DNA from: a virus
Lineage: Duplodnaviria; Caudoviricetes
DNA length: 27,521 nt
IMG/VR virus record: IMGVR_UViG_3300025018_000471
Coordinates: 1 to 27,521 of that record
Direction: 5' to 3' (one strand)
In this document: positions 8,347-15,227 of the stretch, one piece after another
Numbering within the stretch: the first letter of the stretch is position 1
How the letters are laid out: every line of letters begins with the position of its first letter
Notes under the pieces: model-generated
Databases searched by the model: none
What the model was told of the DNA's origin: nothing
What the model saw: only the letters and a program-made list of their open reading frames with translations
Made by a program: the position numbers and the translations under genes

Positions 8347-8422
8347 ATGGTTTAAATTAAAGTTAATAAATAAATTAGCGGCATCGCCAAAATCCAAAGC
8401 ATTAAGACGAGCCAATATATCA

Positions 8423-9133
8423 TCAAGAATTTGAAGAACATAAATAGTGATCTAATGTGTTTTTCAAATCCTCTCCCAAGTCATCTTGATTGCGCAGCCA
8501 ATTAAGATATTGTCTCCCATCAACCGTCTTAGCTAAATCAGCAATATCCTGCCCGCGATATTTTCCGAACGTCAATTTTTTCATCAATACTTTTTTATTG
8601 CTAAGCTCAACCATCTTCTCAACCGCCTCCTCTTCATCTAAAGAAAATAAAGCCATCGCTGTGTGCTTCAGGTGCTTAAATAAGGCTATTAAAACCTCTA
8701 CATCTCCCCCAGCATCATGAGCCGCTGCACTCTCTCCCACGGTCAATTTAAGGGCATAGCGCAAGTACTGCAGACGATAAGCTGAAAGCTCAGGCAAGAG
8801 ATGCTGAGCGACTTTCAGCGTATCGATGTACTCTCCCACGGTTACTCCCTCGCGCGCCATTACAGCAATATCAAACGGAGCATTATGAGCCACAGCCGTT
8901 CTCCCAGAAAAGTAAGGCTTCAATTTTTCGGGATCTACCGGCAAGCAGTCTTTTACTCTCTCCTCGGTAATGTGATGAACCTCCATCGCATCGATAGCAA
9001 TCTCAGCGGCCGGTTTAAAAAACATCTCCATAATCTGTCCGCCTGTCGCATCAAAACCTACGGCAAGCTGAACCAGACGGCCATTAGTCTTGCTCGTAGT
9101 TTCAGTATCAAAAAATACTAAATTTCTAGGCAT
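8423..9133 (-). CDS. DEDDh 3'-5' exonuclease, exodeoxyribonuclease X-like
   Basis: FFDTETT, VAHNAPFD, AHDAGGDV plus a C-terminal FGKYRG...YLNWL domain. Start MPRNL at 9133. Confidence 0.88.
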   Translation of the reverse strand: MPRNLVFFDTETTSKTNGRLVQLAVGFDATGGQIMEMFFKPAAEIAIDAMEVHHITEERVKDCLPVDPEKLKPYFSGRTAVAHNAPFDIAVMAREGVTVGEYIDTLKVAQHLLPELSAYRLQYLRYALKLTVGESAAAHDAGGDVEVLIALFKHLKHTAMALFSLDEEEAVEKMVELSNKKVLMKKLTFGKYRGQDIADLAKTVDGRQYLNWLRNQDDLGEDLKNTLDHYLCSSNS

Positions 9134-9137
9134 ATAT

Positions 9138-9803
9138 TTATTTCTTCTTTTTCTTTCTCCCAAGCGGAGGGAAAGCGACATCTATAATTTCCTTTGTTTC
9201 AAGGTCGCCTCGACCGAGCGCCTGTTTATTTAAGCCTTTGACAATTTTATTTCTGTCGCAGCCGCATTTCTCATGATTTTTATTTTCCATAACGATTTCT
9301 TGATAAATCTTTTTAAGTGAGAAGATAACTGGCGAAATAAGCTTTTTACCGCCTAAGCCTCTGATCTCTATTCTTGCGCCTGATATAACTTCTGCTTGAT
9401 AGGTTCCGTTATATGTTCCGGCATAACTCTGAGCTATTTCACTGCAGGTTCTACCGTAGCCAACATCAGCGCGTATAAGGTCCTTAGCTGCCTCCAGTGG
9501 AGTCATCTTGGGAGTAGGCTCTTTTTTTGGTTTCTTAAACTTAACGCTTTTTATTTTAACGCTACGGTCCGCCTTTTTCTCTCCCACTACTTCAGCTCCG
9601 TAATCTCCATTGGGAGCTGGTGGATCTATGGCTGTAAATAAGCTCTGCTGATTTTCCGGTACTTGGTTCCTAGCGCAGCTGCGGCAAATCTTTTCCTTAG
9701 CCCTGGTAAAAATGAACGAGTATCGAGGCTTGCCGCACTTATCACAAATATAGGGATTTATGCGGCGCCATTTTTTTATTGGTTGGTTTAAATTTGGGAG
9801 CAT
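9138..9803 (-). CDS. Hypothetical protein with N-terminal zinc ribbon
   Basis: CDKC...CRSC; tiled in the operon. Confidence 0.6.
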   Translation of the reverse strand: MLPNLNQPIKKWRRINPYICDKCGKPRYSFIFTRAKEKICRSCARNQVPENQQSLFTAIDPPAPNGDYGAEVVGEKKADRSVKIKSVKFKKPKKEPTPKMTPLEAAKDLIRADVGYGRTCSEIAQSYAGTYNGTYQAEVISGARIEIRGLGGKKLISPVIFSLKKIYQEIVMENKNHEKCGCDRNKIVKGLNKQALGRGDLETKEIIDVAFPPLGRKKKKK

Positions 9804-9807
9804 ATGT

Positions 9808-10176
9808 TTAGCTGCTAATTTTACTTAACAGGTAAAGCAGATACTCTTCCTGGCTTTTAATTTCCATCTGTACCTGACTTAAGGCCTGCATCGCTCCCAC
9901 GTCTTTTTTATTCGCCACAAATTTTCTTTGCAAAAAAAGATTAATAACATGATTGCGACGATATCCTCTATAGACCTCAAGAAATAAATCTTTAAGGATC
10001 GTCTGCTCTTCAGCTAGAACGATATCTGTTTTTTTTAAAGCTTCTTGAAACTTTTCAATGAAAGGCTTCTCAGCTTTTTTTTCTCCCACCGGGATAGTAA
10101 AAGCCGGCGACTTTTCTTCAGTTGATTTCTCAGCTTCCGGTTTTTTCTCTTCTTCTTTTTTTTCTTTTTTAAACAT
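9808..10176 (-). CDS. Hypothetical protein (charged N-terminus, helical)
   Basis: 122 aa ORF tiled in the operon. Confidence 0.6.
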   Translation of the reverse strand: MFKKEKKEEEKKPEAEKSTEEKSPAFTIPVGEKKAEKPFIEKFQEALKKTDIVLAEEQTILKDLFLEVYRGYRRNHVINLFLQRKFVANKKDVGAMQALSQVQMEIKSQEEYLLYLLSKISS

Positions 10177-10189
10177 AATAGTAAATTAT

Positions 10190-10314
10190 TTATCTCCCAC
10201 GCGGGGCCACTCGATGGCCGGATAATTTCTAGATCCTGTGCCATTATGGTACCCGAGGGCCGGCATGGGGTGGAGCCCTTTCCTTAGCACCGAGCAGCTT
10301 CGCCTGGGAGATAA
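10190..10314 (-). ncRNA. Candidate structured intergenic RNA (GC-rich, closed by a terminal stem)
   Basis: ttatctcccacgcg (10190-10203) pairs with cgcctgggagataa (10301-10314), 13 of 14 bp. Internal hairpins GGCCA/UGGCC, AGGGCU/GGCCCU and GGAU/AUCC. Strand assumed from the operon. Confidence 0.5.
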
Positions 10315-10324
10315 TTTAAATTAA

Positions 10325-10738
10325 TTATTCCAGGTCAAGTCTCTCTGGGAGCTTCACCTTTGGTTTTTTAGTTTCTTCAACATCTCCTGTCTTAACAAAT
10401 TTTACCGAGAACACTGGCTCTAAAATGTTTCCATAAACATCAGTCACCTTTATTTCTTTGCCGGCAATATAGTCCTTTATGGCCACATCTGAAATCAATT
10501 GTTTTTGGCTCTTGAGATCAATCATTAATTTATCAATCTCTTCAAGCTCTGTTTTATTTTCTTCATTAATCGCGGCAACGATTATTTTCTTTTTAGCTTT
10601 TAAGGCTTCGGCTGATTCTTTTATTTCCTGATATTCCTGTTTACCCTCGAGCTGTTCTTTAAGCATCGCTTTTAATTCGCGGAGCTTATTTCTTTTTTTA
10701 TCGGCCTCTGTGAAGACCAGTTGAAGTTGAACTGCCAT
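10325..10738 (-). CDS. Hypothetical coiled-coil protein
   Basis: 137 aa with heptad-like K/E/L pattern. Confidence 0.65.
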   Translation of the reverse strand: MAVQLQLVFTEADKKRNKLRELKAMLKEQLEGKQEYQEIKESAEALKAKKKIIVAAINEENKTELEEIDKLMIDLKSQKQLISDVAIKDYIAGKEIKVTDVYGNILEPVFSVKFVKTGDVEETKKPKVKLPERLDLE

Positions 10739-10744
10739 AGTTTT

Positions 10745-11092
10745 TTAAATCTTAGGGTAATGTTTATTTACCGTTTCAAGCTGCAGTCCGAGTTCTTCGG
10801 CAATTTGCCCGGAATTGTAGCCTGCTTTTTTTAATTCTTTCATTTTGTTAAGCGTACGCCAGTTAACTTTTTTCTCTTTCTTCGATTTGCCGATGGCGAA
10901 ATCTTGAAGCTCTTTCACCTTTCGGTTATAGGGCCTTTTAGTCTTTATCCCCCCGACTTCTTTTACTGTAACCTCCATCAGGGTGTTTTCTTTTGCTAAA
11001 GCTTGAATCTCACTGAATTCATTAATCTCTTTAATCTCAAGGTTAAACGAAATAATGTCTCCGGTTTTTTTGTTTTGATAGTACTTAATCAT
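10745..11092 (-). CDS. Hypothetical protein with C-terminal HTH
   Basis: MKELKKAGYNSGQIAEELGLQLETVNKH is an HTH pattern. Confidence 0.7.
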   Translation of the reverse strand: MIKYYQNKKTGDIISFNLEIKEINEFSEIQALAKENTLMEVTVKEVGGIKTKRPYNRKVKELQDFAIGKSKKEKKVNWRTLNKMKELKKAGYNSGQIAEELGLQLETVNKHYPKI

Positions 11093-11097
11093 ATTTT

Positions 11098-11469
11098 TTA
11101 AATAAGATTTTTTTCTTTTAAATAAATAATCATTTTGGCCCTAGAGTCTGCTTCATTTTCACTTGAAAAATCTATAATCCCTTTAATACCAAAAACATAC
11201 ATCCCGTCCGTATCTCTAAAAAAATTAAAAATATAATCACTGTTCAGGAGAAATTTTCCAAGCTCTGCGACCGTGTAAGCTAAATAGTATTCTCGTGCTT
11301 CGTGCTGTTCAAAATCTGGAGCAGATCCAGTTATTAACATTGGACTAGATTGTAAGACGAGTTTATTAAAATCATTCCAAGCCCAGTAATATAAACTATC
11401 TGCTTTAATTCCTAACTCACTTAAGTGTTTAGCCAGCACCATACTGACTACTTGGTCTTTTAATTCCAT
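11098..11469 (-). CDS. Phage hypothetical protein
   Basis: 123 aa, MELKDQVVSMVLAKHLSELGIKADSLYYW...AYTVAELG...NEADSRAKMIIYL. Confidence 0.7.
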   Translation of the reverse strand: MELKDQVVSMVLAKHLSELGIKADSLYYWAWNDFNKLVLQSSPMLITGSAPDFEQHEAREYYLAYTVAELGKFLLNSDYIFNFFRDTDGMYVFGIKGIIDFSSENEADSRAKMIIYLKEKNLI

Positions 11470-11585
11470 AAAAATAATTGAATTAGCTTTCTAAGCAGCC
11501 GCCAAAAATTTATCTTTCTCCCAGCCACATAAGCTGAGATTTCCCTATCTTCTAAATAATTTATAATTTTATCCAAAGTTCTCAT
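11460..11585 (-). CDS. 41-aa small protein
   Basis: Hand translation MRTLDKIINYLEDREISAYVAGRKINFWRLLRKLIQLFLWN; fills the gap and overlaps the next start. Confidence 0.5.
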   Translation of the reverse strand: MRTLDKIINYLEDREISAYVAGRKINFWRLLRKLIQLFLWN

Positions 11586-11603
11586 TTTTTAGGCGGCATG
11601 TGA

Positions 11604-12131
11604 TTAATAATTAAATAACGTTGCTGGCTGCGGAATGTTCATAACGATACGCCGGTCTATGATGTTAAAGTCTATCTCCCAGTAATCTCCGCTTTTTATT
11701 AAGTCTCGCATTTTTACTCTCTCCTCGTTCTCGTGCCAGTAACCAATCTGGTGGCCAGTGATCTTACTCATGACGGCGTATTTTGGGATGCTTGCTCCCC
11801 GGAGGAATTCAGCGCCTTTCCTGGTAAGGCAGTAATATCCTGACTTGCCATCTATCTGAGCTATTAAGCCCTGGGAGCGTGCCTTGCTAAGGTTTCCAAC
11901 CATTGTGCTAGTCAAGTATCCATCGCGAATCATTTGGTTGTAATTGAGCTGATTTTTGCCGAGTTCCATTTCCCTCCTGGGATGTATTATATTTTCACCT
12001 TTACGACGAATGGCTGCTGACATCGCCCGGAGTATGTCACAAGTTCCGGCATCGATTGTCATGAGATATTCTTCTGTCTGTCCGCAACAGGTGCAGACTT
12101 TTGCTTTAAATTTTTCTAAAGACATATGCAT
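11604..12131 (-). CDS. Hypothetical protein, Cys knuckle plus winged-helix-like segment
   Basis: CTCCGQ at the N-terminus; GLIAQIDGKSGYYCLTRKGAEFL resembles a wHTH wing. Confidence 0.6.
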   Translation of the reverse strand: MHMSLEKFKAKVCTCCGQTEEYLMTIDAGTCDILRAMSAAIRRKGENIIHPRREMELGKNQLNYNQMIRDGYLTSTMVGNLSKARSQGLIAQIDGKSGYYCLTRKGAEFLRGASIPKYAVMSKITGHQIGYWHENEERVKMRDLIKSGDYWEIDFNIIDRRIVMNIPQPATLFNY

Positions 12132-12146
12132 GGGGTCTTAGATTTT

Positions 12147-12800
12147 TTAATTATTTAACGCCGCAATTTCTCTTTCGATTATTTTGGCGTACGCTCCTTG
12201 CTTAGCGGCTTCAGTTCCAAATCCGTTATGAGCCTGGACGGAGTAGGTCCAGTAAATTGGAAAGCCTTTTGATATTAATCTTTTTAAAGTCCAGTCGGCC
12301 GAGCAGTTTAGATCCATTGCGCAGGCCTCGGTTATGTTGTGCAGTTTAGTTTGAATATGAAACCAGCCTTTGCTTTTGCCGCCGTCTCCTGTTGGTAACC
12401 AATTAAGCTTTGATTCCTGGTAGGACATTGCCCATAAGGTTTGCCAGCAGACTTCGTTATTTTCTTTATCATCCATCCCATTATCACTGCAGACTTTTTT
12501 TAATGTCTTGGTTATTTCATCGTCAGTTAGCTCTGGCTCTTCAGTCACTTGCTCTATTTTTTCTTCTTCTATTTTTGGCTGAATGGTTTCGGTTATGATC
12601 TGAGCTGTTGATGCTTCGGCTGGTTTACTAAATTTGAATCCGGATAAAGCTAAAATAATTACCACTAAACCACAAACCGCTAAGACTATGACCGAGTAAA
12701 AAATAAATTTCTCTAAAAAGATTTTTATTTGCTCAGCTCTCTTTCTTCGGCGCCTTGCCTTTTGGATGCTGAGCCATGTTGTTTTTGTAAACTTTTCCAT
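12147..12800 (-). CDS. Membrane-anchored lytic transglycosylase (SLT/lysozyme-like fold)
   Basis: Basic N-terminus, one TM helix, acidic linker, then LWAMSYQES (catalytic Glu-Ser), SKGWFHI and VQAHNG matching SLT motifs I-III. Confidence 0.72.
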   Translation of the reverse strand: MEKFTKTTWLSIQKARRRRKRAEQIKIFLEKFIFYSVIVLAVCGLVVIILALSGFKFSKPAEASTAQIITETIQPKIEEEKIEQVTEEPELTDDEITKTLKKVCSDNGMDDKENNEVCWQTLWAMSYQESKLNWLPTGDGGKSKGWFHIQTKLHNITEACAMDLNCSADWTLKRLISKGFPIYWTYSVQAHNGFGTEAAKQGAYAKIIEREIAALNN

Positions 12801-12829
12801 ATAAAATTTTGGTTTAAATTTTTTAATGT

Positions 12830-13273
12830 CTAGAACGACATTTTTTTTGCTAGCTGAGACTTTTCCACAGAAATTTTCTTATTATTATTTTTATTATTAA
12901 ATCTAGTATTATTAAACTTATATATGACTTCCGATTTTTCGGAATAGGGGTCTTCCGTTTTTTCGGTAGACCTATTCCGTTTTTTCGGAATAGGTGTGGA
13001 TAGAATGTTAATAAAAATTCTGCGTAAATTTCCGTCAATTTTATCTACCTCGCGTCTGACAAAACCAGCCTTAACTAGCTCGGCAACCCATTGACTTATC
13101 GTCTCTGGTTTCTTGTCATAAAGTTTTGAAAAATAGCTGTTGCTAGCAAAACAATATCCGTCTTTAGTTGACAGAGCTGTTAACTCGCTATACAAAACTT
13201 TTGCGTGAGCTGAGATCTCTTTGCTGTATCGTATTTCAGCGGGGAGAATCCCATAGTAATTTGGCTTGTCCAT
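12830..13273 (-). CDS. Phage replication initiator (N-terminal wHTH), short
   Basis: MDKPNYYGILPAEIRY...AKVLYSELTALS...GYCFASNSYFSKLY is a typical initiator HTH. Contains internal iterons. Start placed at 13273. Confidence 0.85.
   Translation of the reverse strand: MDKPNYYGILPAEIRYSKEISAHAKVLYSELTALSTKDGYCFASNSYFSKLYDKKPETISQWVAELVKAGFVRREVDKIDGNLRRIFINILSTPIPKKRNRSTEKTEDPYSEKSEVIYKFNNTRFNNKNNNKKISVEKSQLAKKMSF
12861..13003. other. Putative replication origin: three palindromic iterons, AT-rich tract and two DnaA-box-like 9-mers
   Basis: TTCCG-N6-CGG(A/T)A at 12929, 12953 and 12975; AT-rich 12870-12925; TTTTCCACA at 12861-12869 and TGTGGATAG at 12995-13003. Confidence 0.75.
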
Positions 13274-13281
13274 ACTTTGGC

Positions 13282-13339
13282 CGCGACCCGGCGGCGTAAT
13301 ACCGCCGGGCTTGCTTAAATTAGTTGTTAAGAGTTCGCG
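13282..13339 (-). promoter_or_regulatory. GC-rich hairpin upstream of the initiator start
   Basis: CCCGGCGGU/GCCGCCGGG stem at 13287-13309, possibly enclosed by CGCGA/UCGCG. No U-tract. Confidence 0.5.
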
Positions 13340-13346
13340 CGAACCT

Positions 13347-14615
13347 TTACTCAACTTCGGTTTCTACCGTTCCCTCTGGCATCTCTTCATCCGGATAGTC
13401 TGATTTCTTTTCCATCAGCTCCTTGATTACTTTGTTTGCTAGACTGGCGGGTAGATCCTCAATTTTTTCAAAGCTCTGCTCGTGGAAGAATGAGATATAA
13501 TCTAAAATTCCACGGTCTTCACTTAGCTTCTCTTTGTCTTTGGCTAGAGAGCGAAGTAATGTCAGCTTGTTTACGCTGATGGTATCTTCCGGTTCGGCTG
13601 GCTCTTTAACTTCTTTCTTAACTGGCTGGGCGGGCGCTGGTTCAACGGCGGCTGTAGTTTCTGGCTCTTTCTCTGCGACTGGTTCAGCCGGCTTATCCTG
13701 AGGCTTTGCAGGGCCTTGTTCAGCAATTTCTTTTTGAACGATTTTCAAGCGGTCCAGAATTTCCTTATAGTTTTTTTCAATCAGCTCCAGTTGGGTTTGG
13801 CTTTTTACTGCCTCAACCATCTGCTCCTTGCTCCACTTGTTAACCTCAGCTCCGTAGATCTTAATCAGGGTAACCATTATCTCGTGCTTGATTCCGTCAA
13901 AATCCGGGGCGCCACTTTCACTCCATCCTTTTATTTTCTTACCGGTTTCTTCGTTGATAACGAACGGGTCTTTATCGATAAATAGTCTTGTTCTGTCTTT
14001 GGTAGCTGTAGCGTAGTGACCGTCTCTATCGAGGTTAAAGCTCAGGGTTACCTCGTACTCAAATCCCTCGCGAGTAATTTCTTTCATGCCAACTTTTTTG
14101 ATTTTTCTGTCTTCAGTCTGAATGGTGTCGGTCTTACTTCGGCCGCAAGTGATCACATGGCATTTAGAGGAAACTATCGCGTCAAGGAATTTCTGATGGC
14201 GCGGACCAGTCTTACTCCAGGCTGCCCAGGTATTTCCTTTGAATTGGGTTGCCGCTATCTTGTCGTTTATTTCAAGACATCCGCCTTTTCCCTCCCACTC
14301 ATGACTGATTGAATCGATGATGATAACTTCCATCCCAGCTTCTTCAATCGCCTTTATCGCTTCGATGTATCTCTCTGGCGGATATCCCTCAGTTCCTGCT
14401 TCTATCGTTAGAACATTGAATGCTCCCAGGTGGCTGTAGAGATCGGCGCTTCCATTCTCAGTGTCTATAATTGCGACTTTCTCCCATTCACCTGCTATTC
14501 CTTTAGCTGCCAATAAGGCGCTATAGGTTTTGCCTGATCCGCTCGGACCGAATACGCCCATGCGAATTTTGGCTTGCTTTCTCTCCGCTTTGCGGAGTAC
14601 TAAATTTGTTTGCAT
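13347..14615 (-). CDS. Sak4-like (AAA_24) phage recombination ATPase with long C-terminal extension
   Basis: Walker A GPSGSGKT, IIDTENGS, Walker B IIIDSISHEW, GFEYE and ATKDRT. Pro/Ala/Glu linker followed by a helical C-terminal module. Confidence 0.85.
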   Translation of the reverse strand: MQTNLVLRKAERKQAKIRMGVFGPSGSGKTYSALLAAKGIAGEWEKVAIIDTENGSADLYSHLGAFNVLTIEAGTEGYPPERYIEAIKAIEEAGMEVIIIDSISHEWEGKGGCLEINDKIAATQFKGNTWAAWSKTGPRHQKFLDAIVSSKCHVITCGRSKTDTIQTEDRKIKKVGMKEITREGFEYEVTLSFNLDRDGHYATATKDRTRLFIDKDPFVINEETGKKIKGWSESGAPDFDGIKHEIMVTLIKIYGAEVNKWSKEQMVEAVKSQTQLELIEKNYKEILDRLKIVQKEIAEQGPAKPQDKPAEPVAEKEPETTAAVEPAPAQPVKKEVKEPAEPEDTISVNKLTLLRSLAKDKEKLSEDRGILDYISFFHEQSFEKIEDLPASLANKVIKELMEKKSDYPDEEMPEGTVETEVE

Positions 14616-14819
14616 ACTGGTTTAAATTTTGTTATAATAAACATGCTTAGTTTATTAATCTGTTCCGCAGTGATGCGGCGCAGATTTTTTTTAATTAAAT
14701 CCCGGAGCGCCGGGCCGTCGACCTTTTCACACGCTGATCGGCAACTGCTTACCGACTGGCGTCTAAAAAAATAGAAATGTTTTTTTAAAGTTCAAAAGTT
14801 ATCAACAGGCTTAGGCATA

Positions 14820-14854
14820 CAAAAAAACCCCTTACTGTTCCCAGTAAGGGGTTT
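14820..14854 (-). terminator. Intrinsic terminator in the early leader
   Basis: AAACCCCUUACUG-GGAA-CAGUAAGGGGUUU perfect stem continuing into a U-run on the minus strand. Confidence 0.85.
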
Positions 14855-14968
14855 AGATGTTATCTAATTTTACTCAATTATATTAAGGTTTTTGGCCTTA
14901 CGACCCGTGGCATTTCTTATATTTCTTTCCACAGCCACGTGGCTTAATTGAGTTCCCTTATTGGTTAC
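14820..14968 (-). ncRNA. Candidate ~150-nt leader RNA / sRNA between promoter and terminator
   Basis: ACUCAAUUA/UAAUUGAGU 9-bp stem (14945-14953 with 14872-14880) enclosing CGUGGC/GCCACG and a GGUC-GUAA-GGCC GNRA hairpin. Confidence 0.55.
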
Positions 14969-14974
14969 GTCTAA

Positions 14975-15003
14975 ATTGTAGCAAATGCTGACGATTGAGT
15001 CAA
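14975..15003 (-). promoter_or_regulatory. Sigma70-type early promoter P2
   Basis: TTGACT-17 bp-TACAAT with extended TG. Confidence 0.8.
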
Positions 15004-15013
15004 GCATTTATTA

Positions 15014-15184
15014 TTAATCTACTTCTTTCTCTCCCTGCTTTCCTTTTATCAACCGATAAATTTTAAAGGCTGTCTGCTTTTTTATGCGAAAAATTTCCCC
15101 TATATCAGCAAATGACATATCTGGGTTGTTATCTTTCATCTTAACCAGCTCTTCATTTCGTTTTATTTTTTGTGGATTTGCCAT
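15014..15184 (-). CDS. Small HTH protein (Cro/Xis-like regulator), 56 aa
   Basis: MANPQKIKRNEELVKMKDNNPDMSFADIGEIFRIKKQTAFKIY is an HTH pattern. Start at 15184, because the longer start overlaps the -10 box. Confidence 0.8.
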   Translation of the reverse strand: MANPQKIKRNEELVKMKDNNPDMSFADIGEIFRIKKQTAFKIYRLIKGKQGEKEVD

Positions 15185-15192
15185 ATGACTAC

Positions 15193-15221
15193 ATTGTAGC
15201 AAACTGCTGACTTTATGGCAA
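15193..15221 (-). promoter_or_regulatory. Sigma70-type promoter P1 (near-leaderless) for the HTH gene
   Basis: TTGCCA-17 bp-TACAAT with extended TG; only 8 nt between the -10 box and the ATG. Confidence 0.78.
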
Positions 15222-15227
15222 GGACTT

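Noticed and set aside
10258-10268. GGCCGGCATGG on the plus strand equals the first 11 nt of the genomic HDV ribozyme
   Set aside because: No downstream GCCGGCY strand to form P1 and no P3/L3 or J4/2 pattern; treated as coincidence.
1296-14312. Short plus-strand ORFs of the track (e.g. 1296, 1664, 3634, 8801, 13716, 14016)
   Set aside because: Antisense shadows of well-supported minus-strand genes, with no motifs.
14799-14808. TTATCAACA DnaA-box-like 9-mer in the early leader
   Set aside because: Single mismatched copy with no iterons; could be chance.
14870-14938. 22-codon GTG-start mini-ORF in the leader RNA
   Set aside because: Too short, lacks the ATATG start context used elsewhere, and is better explained by RNA structure; a leader peptide cannot be fully excluded.
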